Source: Octopus sinensis
Taxonomy: Eukaryota
DNA length: 64,000 bases
Reading direction: 5' to 3'
Assembly (NCBI RefSeq): GCF_006345805.1
Contig: NC_043013.1
Coordinates: 53,568,001-53,632,000, forward strand
Part shown: positions 1-9,881 of the stretch, one piece after another
Layout: every line of letters starts with the position of its first letter
Position numbering within the stretch: the stretch's first letter is position 1
Notes under the pieces: generated by a model
What the model saw: the letters and a program-made list of their open reading frames with translations, nothing else
Told to the model about the DNA's origin: nothing
The model's database searches: none
Made by a program: the position numbers and the translations under genes

Positions 1-46
1 ACTTAAACTTTCCTCAAATGAGGCTTTTACATGCCGAAATCTACTT

Positions 47-500
47 GGTGAAATTAATGATTATTCCAAATTAATTAATTTCACCCTATATTATTACTGA
101 TAACCATATTTCATCCCAGTAAATGACCACAACATCTTGTCTTGGCTACACGCTGGTGGGAAGGGGTTGGTGACACAAACTTTCATTCACACTTTGAATT
201 TGGTGATACTGGTAACGGCTTTAGCTCGCTCTGATACTGAGTTGAGATGATGCCTTCTAGTACCTCGAAATTTAATATACAATTATTCATAATTGTAGTG
301 TCCTACGCTGATGAGAAAAGAAGTTGGGTAAGACATAATTATCTAATTCTTATGCTTTCCTAAAACTTAATTTCGAAACGTACGTCCGTAGGTGACTTAA
401 AATTGTATGATAGATTGCCGTCATTTCTTTCTCTCTTGCCTGTCTGTGTTTGCCTTTCAAGTGCTGTGGTTTTACTGAGATCTCCCTTTTAGTAGAAAGA
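47..500 (+). mobile_element. Probable 3' end / pseudo-LTR remnant of a Penelope-like element whose ORF lies upstream of the window
   Basis: Contains a canonical hammerhead (302-392) with the same architecture as the PLE hammerhead at 7729-7817, plus a perfect 12-bp hairpin (GGTGAAATTAAT 47-58 / ATTAATTTCACC 74-85). No coding sequence is visible, so the PLE assignment is inferred. Confidence 0.4.
302..392 (+). ncRNA. Type I hammerhead ribozyme, canonical core, extended stem II, palindromic stem III
   Basis: Stem I CCTACG(302-307)/CGTAGG(387-392); core CTGATGA(308-314); G315...C374 closing a ~60-nt stem II (GAAA/TTTC, AAGTT/AACTT, CATAA/TTATG); GAAA(375-378); stem III A-CGTACG-T; cleavage triplet GTC, cut after C386. 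Confidence 0.9.
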
Positions 501-544
501 ATAACTATAACTCTTTGACTGCTATTTCTAAATTCGGTGTGTGG

Positions 545-1620
545 TGAGGCAAATCGTTGCTAAACCCTATAATTTCACTGGTCCCACTCCTGAACTATAT
601 GGTCGTTACATTGACGACATTATCGGTGCCACCTCACTCTCCCGTGAACATCTAGATTCCTTCCTCTCTTTCGTCCAATCTTTCCATCCAGCCCTCCACT
701 TCACTTCCACTATCTCCAACACCTCTGTCTCCTTCCTCGACATTTCGGTCAGCATTCTTCACTCCACTCTTACCACCTCCATTCACTACAAACACACAGA
801 CTCACACTCATACCTCAACTTCTCTTCCTCCCACCCAGAACACACCAAGCTTTCCATCCCCTATTCCCAATTCCTCCGTCTACGTAGGTTCTGTAGTGAC
901 GACCATGACTTTGAGACTCAGTCTCAACGTATGGCTCACCACTTCACCCTACGTGGATACCCCCTCACCACTATCCACACCGCCCTTGCCAGAGCACGGT
1001 CCGTGGACCGTGTATCTGCTTCAATCCCCGAACCCGCCCTGTAGTCTCCCGCCTCCCTTTCCCCTCACTTACCACCCCACGACCCTACCTCTCCAACGCA
1101 CCATTCTCCGAACTTTCCGTCATCTCCAGTCCGACCCGTCCACTTCACACCTCTTCCCTAACCGACCCCTACCCTCTTTCAAACGAGCCCACAACCTTCG
1201 AGACCTTTTGGTCCATAGCTCCTTCCCTGACCCTACCCTCCAACCCGCTCGTTCCCCTGCTCCCGCCCACGTTGCCGCACTTGCCCTTACCTCTCCAACA
1301 CCACCTCCTCACTAGCACCCACCATCGACCCTATCCCATCATCCACTCCTTCACTTGCACCTCCAGCAATATTATCTATTGCGTCTCTTGCTCTCTCTGC
1401 CATTCCTTGTACATCGGATAAACGGGACGCCGCTTGGCTGACCGTTCGCGGAACCCTTCGTGACATCCACCTTGCGAACGACACACACCGTCTCACGCCA
1501 TTTCCGCTCCACCGGTCACTCCTTGCAACACCTATCTGTGTTCGGTTTGTCCTTACACAGAGGCCATCCGGATTCCCGTTTGCGCCGTGAAGAGGAATTA
1601 ATCTCTTATACGCCATTTGG
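545..1620 (+). pseudogene. Disrupted PLE reverse transcriptase-thumb plus GIY-YIG endonuclease ORF
   Basis: ORFs 541-1044, 896-1315 and 1460-1996 are frameshifted pieces of one PLE protein; in-frame TAA at 1419-1421 directly after YIG. Confidence 0.85.
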
Positions 1621-1965
1621 TCTCGACTCTCCCCCCTCCTCATCTAAAACCCCCCCCCCTCTCCCCCTCTTCACCTACTCCCCCCCGACCCCTACTTTTT
1701 CAGTCCTTCATCCTTTCACCCCTACTCCCCTTCCCTTCTTCCCTCTTTCTCCCTCCCTACTTCCCTCTTCCCCTTCCCTGCTCCCTCACTCCCCTTCTCT
1801 CTCCCCCTCTCCCTCTTTCCTCCCTCCCTCCCCTCCCTTCCTTCGCCCCCTCCTCTCCTCCCCCTCCTCTCTCTCTCCCCCTCTTTCCCCTCCCTCTCCT
1901 CCCCCCCTCCCCTTCTTCTCCTCTTCCCCCTCTCCTCCCCCTCTTCTCCTCTCTCCACACTACAC
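1620..1965 (+). repeat. C/T-rich low-complexity tract in the 3' region of PLE #1 (G-rich on the minus strand)
   Basis: Almost pure pyrimidine runs (CCCCTCTC...). The poly-P/S/L and poly-G/R/E ORFs here are artefacts. Confidence 0.9.
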
Positions 1966-2001
1966 CACACGACTTTACACATCACATCATATGTGATGTG
2001 C

Positions 2002-2232
2002 CATACTAATACATACACGAACTAATACATACTAATACGTACTAATACATACTAATACATACTAATACATACACCAACCCTATACATACACACGTCCAGC
2101 CTCAGACCTCACTCTACCCACCTTATACTCTCTCATACACAACACACACAACTTATATACTAATACGTACTAATACATACTAATACATACTAATACATAC
2201 ACCAACCCTATACATACACACGTCCAGACCTC
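2002..2232 (+). repeat. 10-bp ACTAATACAT tandem arrays inside a ~128-bp direct duplication (PLE #1 3' region)
   Basis: Five units at 2021-2070 and four at 2159-2198, each block followed by ACACCAACCCTATACATACACACGTCCAG. Confidence 0.9.
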
Positions 2233-2459
2233 TCATACGCACTAATACTCTCTCATACACACACACACACCCTCATGTTGGAGCTGGTCATTCAACCCTA
2301 TTATCAACTCTAGTATCAGCCCTATTATCTCCCCTTATTTCGCTCTCGCGTCTCATGTTTGATCTTTGACCTCTGGCCGAAATCAGATCGCCATGTTGAT
2401 TCGTTAGTTACTGCACGCATTTTTTTCTCTCCTTCTTTCTGTGTTTTTTTTCTCTCGTA

Positions 2460-2496
2460 TCTTTCTGTGAAGAGCGTAGGCTCGAAACGTTAAAGA
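2460..2496 (+). ncRNA. Minimal hammerhead-like motif with non-canonical core (PLE #1 terminal region)
   Basis: TCTTT(2460-2464)/AAAGA(2492-2496) stem I; core CTGTGAA instead of CTGANGA; GAGC-GTAG-GCTC stem II; GAAA; palindromic ACGT stem III; GTT triplet. Confidence 0.6.
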
Positions 2497-2618
2497 CTGT
2501 TTATTTATAATTCCTGAGCGCCATACTAATAACAATTGTTTGTTTGTTTCCCACCTGCCTTCGTCTTTTGTCTATTTTCATAACGCTTCTCGTTATAATA
2601 TATATATATATATATATA

Positions 2619-2946
2619 TAAACAATTTATAAACAAGGGCAAAAGAAAAAATATTTCTGTGCCAATATGCTGAGAATAGGCTTTAAATCGCCAATCACCA
2701 CATTACAATATACATTCACTATAAATACACGTCGTGCTGAAATCGAGGAAGGCAAGCTAACAGAATTTTTTCTAGATTCGTTATTTCTTTAAAAAAAATT
2801 CTGTTAGCCTGCTCTCCTCGATTTCAGCACGACGTGTATTTATAGTGAATGTATATTGTAATGTGGTGATTGGCGATTTAATGTCTATTCTCAGCATATT
2901 GGCATAGAAATCTTTTTTCTTCTTCCCTTGTTTATAAATTTGTTAT
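2619..2946. mobile_element. Foldback / MITE-like palindromic element
   Basis: Arms of ~150 bp (2619-2771 and 2793-2946) are near-perfect reverse complements (e.g. CACTATAAATACACGTCGTGCTGAAATCGAGGA / TCCTCGATTTCAGCACGACGTGTATTTATAGTG); ~20-bp spacer; TA-flanked. Confidence 0.75.
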
Positions 2947-3054
2947 AATTTTCACCAATAAAAGGTATTTTAATATACTGCCACTTTTGATGGTGCCATT
3001 CTTTCTGAAAACAATTTTAATCTATGCTAGTAGTAGCTGTAGAAGTATTGTATA

Positions 3055-3097
<43 letters not shown>

Positions 3098-3970
3098 GCG
3101 AGAAAGAAGCAACAAGAATGGATAGGTTTTTAGTACGATCGTTTCATACAAGGACAGGTTTTATTTAAAGTTGCAAAGATTACAGCATATAAACGAGTCC
3201 CGTACTCATCAGCTAAAATACATGTGAGTTCTCTAGACATCCTAGTGTTTGAGGCTATAACTCATGAAGTAATGTAGATAAATAAGAACATAAACAGATT
3301 TCTAAAGTTCATTAAAGTTCTTTAAAGATGATGTACAGTCTTATCACAGAATTTTAAAAAAGTTTTGATAGCATCACAGAGAAGGTGACCTAATCCATAT
3401 GCGTTTCCATAGATATGATGAGGGATTATATACCACAGAAGACAAATTTATCCATTGTTAATTACAACGAGGTGGGTCTCAATTCCTGCTTATTAGCATT
3501 ACAGAGAGGGTGAATTAATCCTTTGTATAGATGCACAAATTCCAATGGTGTAGATGTAAATTTCCAGAGAAATGGAGATGAGAATTTCATATTCACAGGC
3601 GATAAATTTTTCAATGGTTAACACAATGAGGTAGGTATCAATCCTTGTTATATGATTAGGTATTTGCCACATTAATTACATTACTGCTATTCACAAGAGG
3701 CTGTAGCTATTTAACTCTTAAAGGCTGAGGGCTTTCTAGAGCGGCCAAGAATAGAGAAGGGGGAATAGAAGAAAAGAGAGAAAATAATGGAGGAGGGAAC
3801 AAAAGGGGGGGAAGGGGACTAAAAGAGAAGAAAAGGAAACAGAGAATAAGAAGAAGAAAAAGAAAAAGAAAAAGAAAAAAGAGAAAAGAGAAAGAAATAG
3901 GGAGATAAGGGAAAAAAAGAAAAAGAAAAAAAGAGTGTTCTAGTTATACAGAAGAGTTAGTAGACTGCAA
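3098..3970 (-). repeat. Left arm of 873-bp inverted repeat (inverted copy of the PLE #2 3' region)
   Basis: Reverse complement of 6976-7848 from GCGAGAAAGAAGCAAC to TAGACTGCAA; differences are mostly 1-nt indels. Confidence 0.95.
3129..3217 (-). ncRNA. Type I hammerhead ribozyme (inverted copy of 7729-7817)
   Basis: Plus strand reads TTTAG-TA-CGATCG-TTTC...GTCCCGTAC-TCATCAG-CTAAA, i.e. TTTAG CTGATGA G...T GAAA CGATCG TA CTAAA on the minus strand. Confidence 0.9.
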
Positions 3971-3972
3971 CG

Positions 3973-6253
3973 GAGCCACTTAAACCCTGTGAGCCCAGGA
4001 TCAACCTTAAAGACCACAAAAAGGACTTCTTGGATAACCCTTCGGTAAGGCTGATCTGTCCAACTAAGTCGGACATTGGCCGACTTAGTAAATCTATCCT
4101 GGATACTGTTCTACCCCAAATAACCCCTCTTCTCCCCTTAAACCTATGGCTAAGTACCGACGAAGTTCTAAAATGGTTTAACTCTCTAACTAATACTAGT
4201 GTCTGTCCTTTATTCAGTTCGATATTAATAGTTATTACTCTAGCATTTCCCCTATCTTACTCAACAAATCACTAATATTTGCCATGAATCGCTCCCTCAT
4301 AACTAGAGAGAAATCAATATTGTGCGACTAGCTAGGAAGACATTTATTGAATTTGAAGATAAATTATGGACTAGAGCAGATACACCAAATTTTTGGATAT
4401 ACCAATGGTTCCAGTGATTCGGCTGAGGTGGTAACCAACCTAGTAGGCGCATATCTATTAAAATGCATAAGCAAGGATATCCCAGAAATACAGGGGGGTC
4501 TATATAGGGATGATGCTCTGTTTGTTATCCCTAGTAATATAAATCTGTTATAGAAAGGATTAGAAAGAAAATTAATAAGTTCTTTAAGGATTTCAACCTC
4601 AGTATAACGTATGAACCGGGCACTAAAATAGCTAATTTCCTAGATATTACCCTAGACCTTAACTCCAAGCTACATTACCCATTTAGAAAGGAAGGCGAAG
4701 TCAAGATTACGTAAATAAATTATCAAATCATCCCCCAAATATAATAGAATCTTTAGTAAGAAATATTTCATTAAGAATTTCAAAATTATCATCCATAAGG
4801 ATATATTTAACTCCCATTCTGAGCATTATAATGCGGCGTTAACTAAGGCTGGATACAACCAAAGATTACATTCGTTGATAAGGGGAACTCACGTATTCCT
4901 AATAATGAAGTTATCAGTAATCACGTAAGCAGCAAAAAAGACCAAGCCCGAAATAAAAGTAGAATTAAATTAACGGTAAACGCTAATCTAGAGTACAGGC
5001 CCAACAATTCAAATAGAAGCATTGACCAGAACATAGGTAACTCGGATAATATTGAAGTAGATAAACCTAAGATGCACACAAATAAAAATAAAAATAATGG
5101 TAATAAATACAATAACTCCGGTGAGATGAATAGTAGTAATTCTACGAACCCTAAATTTTATAAAAAAGATATATTATGGCTGAATATTCCTTTCACTGTG
5201 CGATACAATCGGATATACAGAACAAATTCAAGTGATTCTGGAAAAAAATTTCCCTATCTCTCATAGAATCATAGAATTATTTCTAGGAAAACAGTTAGGA
5301 TTTCTTATTCAACCCTCCAAATATGTCCACTTTAATAGCTAAATTAATAATAAAAACATTAAACTAGCCAGGAAAGATAGAAATAAAAATAATAATATCA
5401 GCATGAATACCAATAGCAATAACAATAATACTACCAACAATAAAAACAGCAATAGGAACTATCAAAACATAGGTGAAATTAGTAACCACAGAATGACTAA
5501 TAACATTAACATTAATAGTAATAATAACAATGCCGATATTAATAGAAGTAATATTGTTAATAATAGAAATAATAGAAATAAGGCTAATGGAGAAAATAGG
5601 GAGAATGAAAATATCAGTGATATCTATAACAATAATATACAGTTGGATAAAAAGACTAACAATAATAATAACATTACGAATAATATAAGAAATCTTGGTA
5701 GGACTTTACACCTAAATGATGAAACAGAAGGATCAATAAATAATAGCAATACTTTAGATATCAGCACCAACTATAGAAATGATAATCAAAATAATAGGAA
5801 CCTAAAACATCTACCCAGGAATAATCCAAGGCCTGAAGTTGTTCCTCCTGTGTGTAAGTGTAGAATAAAATCAAAATGCCCGGCACCTGGTCTATGTAGG
5901 GAAAATAATGTATCTATAAATGTACCATATCCACGGAGAATAACAAATATTTTTACATTGGCTGTACAATTAATTTTTTAGCCAGAGTTAGAAATCACAT
6001 CTCGACTTTTAAATTACGTCATAAAGCTGGTACCCCACCACACTTTCAAACAAAATCTGGGAACTCAAAAATAATAATAAAAAATTATACCCTTAATTGG
6101 GAAATAGTTAGGAGAGCAATTCCGTATAAAAATAGTAGGGTTGGTTGTCAACTATGCTCCATGGAGACGTACGAAATTCTAAAGCATAGTAAACATAGAA
6201 ACTTATTGAATAACCATATCGAACTAGGTCAAGTTTGTGTCCACGCTAAATGA
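3973..6253 (+). pseudogene. Frameshifted, 5'-truncated PLE RT + GIY-YIG ORF with two Asn-rich insertions
   Basis: ORFs 4030-4275, 4347-4553, 5072-5266 and 5403-5981 are consecutive fragments; the EN His/Cys motif can be recovered across frameshifts at 5910-6250. Confidence 0.9.
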
Positions 6254-6975
6254 AGACTTTAAAATATTTTAAATGATTGGAATATTCGTAACTAGATAGA
6301 TAGATATAACTTGATTTCTACTAGTATAGCACTGCTTTAAGTAGATAACTAAGAGTTCTCACATTACAGTTACCTTTCCTTATATCTGCATCAGTTTTTT
6401 GAGAACAGGGAATTGAATAGTACTTATTCGCTACTTAATTGAGGCTTAAATTAATTTCAAAATCTCACAATTTTTAAATTCTTAATTTTAAATCTTAATT
6501 GTAATACTTTTAATTCCTAACTTAATTTAATTTAAGTAGCATAACTCTAATAAATTATAATGAGTTACTGTAGCCCCATAATTCTATTTCAAAATTAAAT
6601 AAATAAGGCTATTCCCTCGGTGATAATATGATTATCTTCATTATGATAGACAATCCCCTAACACCTTGTAAATGATCTTATAAGATTTGACCTGTAGTCA
6701 GTCAATGTATGAATAATAACGACAACTCCTTAAGACAATAAAATGAATAAATTAAATAAGTAAATTTTTAATGACTTTTTGATAAGATTATACTTAGATT
6801 TTCCTAATGTATTTTCTGGTGATTTTAGCATCTGACCCCTTAACCCCTGACTGTGTTATCTCTTTAGGTTCTCTTTAAACTCATAGCTGATTTCAACAGC
6901 AATAAATTAACGGTTTACTGGTCAAAGAATAATATTCTCCTCTAGTTCCTAGATGCCTGTTATTAAAAACCAGAC

Positions 6976-7848
6976 TTGCAGTCTACTACTCTTCTGTATA
7001 ACTAGAACACCTTTTTTTCTTTTTCTTTTTTTCCCTTCTTTCCCTATTTCTTTCTCTTTCTCTTTTTCTTTTTTTCTTTTTTTCTCTTTTCTTCTTCTTC
7101 TTCTTCTCTGTTTCCTTTCTCTCTTCTCTTTTAGTCCCCCTTCCCCCCCCCTTTTTGTTCCCTCCTCCATTATTTTCTCTCTTTCTTCTATTCCTTCTCT
7201 ATTCTTGGCCGCTCTAGAAAGCCCTTCAGCCTTTAAGAGTTAAATAGCTACAGCCTCTTGTGAATAGCAGTATGTGATTAATGTGGCAAATACCTAATCA
7301 TATACAAGGATTGATACCTACCTCATTGTGTTCAACCATTGAAAATTTATCGCCTGTGAATATGAAATTCATCTCCATTTCTCTGGAAATTTACATCTAC
7401 ACCATTGGAATTTGTGCATCTATACAAAGGATTAATTCACCCTCTCTGTAATGCTAATAAGCAGGAATTGAGACCCACCTCGTTGTAATTAACAATGGAT
7501 AAATTTGTCTTCTGTGAGTATATAATCCCTCATCATATCTATGGAAATGCATATGGATTAGGTCACCTTCTCTGTGATGCTATCAAAACTTTTTTAAAAT
7601 TCTGTGATAAGACTGTACATCATCTTTAAAGAACTTTAATGAACTTTAGAAATCTGTTTTGTTACTTATTATCTACATTACTTCATGAGTATAGCCTCAA
7701 ACACTAGGATGTCTAGAGAACACATGTATTTAGCTGATGAGTACGGGACTCGTTTATATGCTGTAATCTTTGCAACTTTTAATAAAACCTGTCCTTGTAT
7801 GAAACGATCGTACTAAAAACCTATCCATTCTTGTTGCTTCTTTCTCGC
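6976..7848 (+). repeat. Right arm of 873-bp inverted repeat = PLE #2 pseudo-LTR / 3' region
   Basis: TTGCAGTCTA...CTTTCTCGC; contains a T/C tract (~7010-7200), an internal diverged duplication and the hammerhead. Confidence 0.95.
7729..7817 (+). ncRNA. Type I hammerhead ribozyme, canonical core, extended stem II, palindromic stem III
   Basis: TTTAG(7729-33)/CTAAA(7813-17) stem I; CTGATGA(7734-40); stem II GTACGGGAC...GTCCTTGTAT (7741-7800); GAAA(7801-04); A-CGATCG-T stem III; GTA triplet, cut after A7812. Confidence 0.9.
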
Positions 7849-7965
7849 TTATAATCACCCCACATTACTGTATTGTTAAATCAGTATAGTTTTTTTGGTG
7901 CATCTAAGTTAGGTACCATATTCAAGTAAATTCATTTAAATTAACTTGAATCTTTATTGCTCTTT

Positions 7966-7966
7966 G

Positions 7967-8025
<59 letters not shown>

Positions 8026-8106
8026 TATTAATATATGTTATATGCATATATATATATATGTATATATGTATATTTATATATACATACATATATATATACA
8101 TATATC

Positions 8107-8161
<55 letters not shown>

Positions 8162-8206
8162 TGTATATATGTATATATGTATATATATATATATATATAT
8201 GTATAT

Positions 8207-8271
<65 letters not shown>

Positions 8272-8275
8272 TATT
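7966..8275. repeat. Interrupted (TA)n microsatellite
   Basis: ~300 bp of TA with TG/CA interruptions; explains the IYIY ORFs. Confidence 0.95.
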
Positions 8276-8340
8276 GGCGGTGCCCCAGCATGGCCACAGC
8301 TCAGAGCTGAAACTGGAAACATAAAACATAAACATAAAAT
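8276..8340 (+). mobile_element. Isolated SINE/LINE 3'-terminal fragment
   Basis: GGCGGTGCCCCAGCATGGCCACAGCTCAGAGCTGAAAC plus a short repeated tail, directly after (TA)n; homologous to 57374-57412 and 61670-61710. Confidence 0.7.
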
Positions 8341-9434
8341 ATATTATATAGAGGGCATTATTACACATTAATGCCACACGCTAGGAGGGACCTTCAAAGT
8401 CAATACTACCAAAAATAAACGGATCGTACGGAATGCAATTCTCAAAGCAAGACATTTAGAAAAAGAATTTAGTTCCAGATCACCTGGAATTAACGTATTA
8501 TCTACGTCTTTTGTTCATCAGTGAAACATATTCAAAACATATCATAAAAAAACAAGACCGACCTACCAAAATGTCTGTGCTACCCTACTGTTGCAATAAA
8601 CAGCACCTTGCTATAAAATACTAATTTCATAAAATACGTTACAGGTTGATAAATAACTGATGAGCAGATCCTTTTTGTGAGTGTATATATGTGTGTGTAT
8701 GTATAAACGTTTGCATATATATGTGCGATTAGGATGATAGGTTGACAGCTAGATAACTAGGTATCTTGGCACACCGATAGACAAATTGTTTGAGTGAGAG
8801 GCTGTTTGATCAATTGTTTGATTCACACACAGACACTCACACACATACACATGTATTTAAAAGTGAATAGAAATGACTTTTCTGATCTTTTTCCACTTTA
8901 ATAATTAGAAGTTTATAAGTTTACAAAATGTGACTTTGATACGAATTCTTGCTCAAACGCGGTTTTCAAACTTATATTTTAGAGTGTGTTATTCACTATC
9001 AAAATAGGGCGTGTTGCATTACAAGCTTGCACACATACAAAAACGAGCACACACCTACACAGACACACACATATATACCCATACATAAATATATATAAGA
9101 GACATATAAATATACATATATATATATATAATCACACATAAAAGAATACACACACAAAGACACAGGACCTTATACATACATACACGCAGAGAAACACAAA
9201 CACACATTGACATGTATTTATTCACATATATACGTACATATATACATACACGCCAAAAAAAGGGAGGGAAAAGAGGATAAATGTATATCAAGAATAAAGA
9301 AACGGAATCTTTTGGTGTGGTCATTTTGGTATGAAATATTTTTCACCGTAATAAATTCCATTTTTTTTATTCTTGATCTACTTAATTCTCCTTCTTCTGC
9401 CCTCCTTTTTTTACACACACACACACACGCGCAC

Positions 9435-9494
<60 letters not shown>

Positions 9495-9803
9495 TCGATA
9501 GGCAAGCATTATATATGGCACCAAATCATTTATAATGAGGTCACCTAAGAAATTAAGAAAAATTAATTGATGGATCTTTACAGCTGTTTCGACAATGTGG
9601 TGATTGTTTATTGCAATAATGCACATAATGAAAACAGATGTAAATGATAAGGCAACAGCTTAGGTGTATGATACATAAATCCACACAAGCTGTAAGTGTC
9701 ACATGACCAGAGCATTTCATCGGAAGGATGATAGGCAATAAGTAATTAGCAATAGCAAATACTACACCTCAGAGACAAGCACAGCAATAAAAAATCGGCG
9801 AAA

Positions 9804-9881
9804 GTGTGAATAATCGAGAGGTGATACAGGTGTGAATAATCGAGAGATGATACAGGTGTGAATAATTGGCAGGTGATACAG
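9804..9881 (+). repeat. 26-bp minisatellite x3
   Basis: GTGTGAATAATCGAGAGGTGATACAG units at 9804, 9830 and 9856. Confidence 0.9.

Larger units (their letters stand above)
545..2600 (+). mobile_element. Penelope-like retroelement #1 (Neptune-type), 5'-truncated
   Basis: RT motif RYIDD (604-618), FLDISV, HYKHTDSHSYL and SIPYSQFLRLRRFCS; CSRPRCRTC linker (~1257-1290); GIY-YIG IIYCVSCSLCHSLYIG* (~1370-1421). Followed by a C/T tract, 10-bp repeats and a hammerhead-like motif; ends at (TA)n ~2597. Confidence 0.9.
3098..7848 (+). mobile_element. Penelope-like retroelement #2 (non-Neptune type, CxC-x5-CP-xx-GxC linker) with inverted pseudo-LTR at the 5' end
   Basis: RT: LKDHKKDFLDNPSVRLICPTKSDIG, GSSDSAEVVTNLVG, GGLYRDD (YRDD 4503-4514), ANFLDITLDL. 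Linker CKCRIKSKCPAPGLC (~5853-5900). GIY-YIG IYKC...FYIGCT...CQLC...VCVH ending TGA 6251-6253. Flanked by 873-bp inverted repeats. Confidence 0.9.

Noticed and set aside
14-46. CAAATGA-GGC-TTTTACAT-GCC-GAAA hammerhead-like string
   Set aside because: Two core mismatches and no stem I or III pairing; at most a fossil.
245-315. Possible C/D-box snoRNA (ATGATG...CTGA)
   Set aside because: No proper RUGAUGA C box or terminal stem; the CTGATGA is better explained as the hammerhead core.
9804-9881. CRISPR-like array or other prokaryotic systems
   Set aside because: Repeats are directly tandem with no unique spacers, there are no cas or operon-like genes, and the window is clearly eukaryotic repeat-rich DNA.
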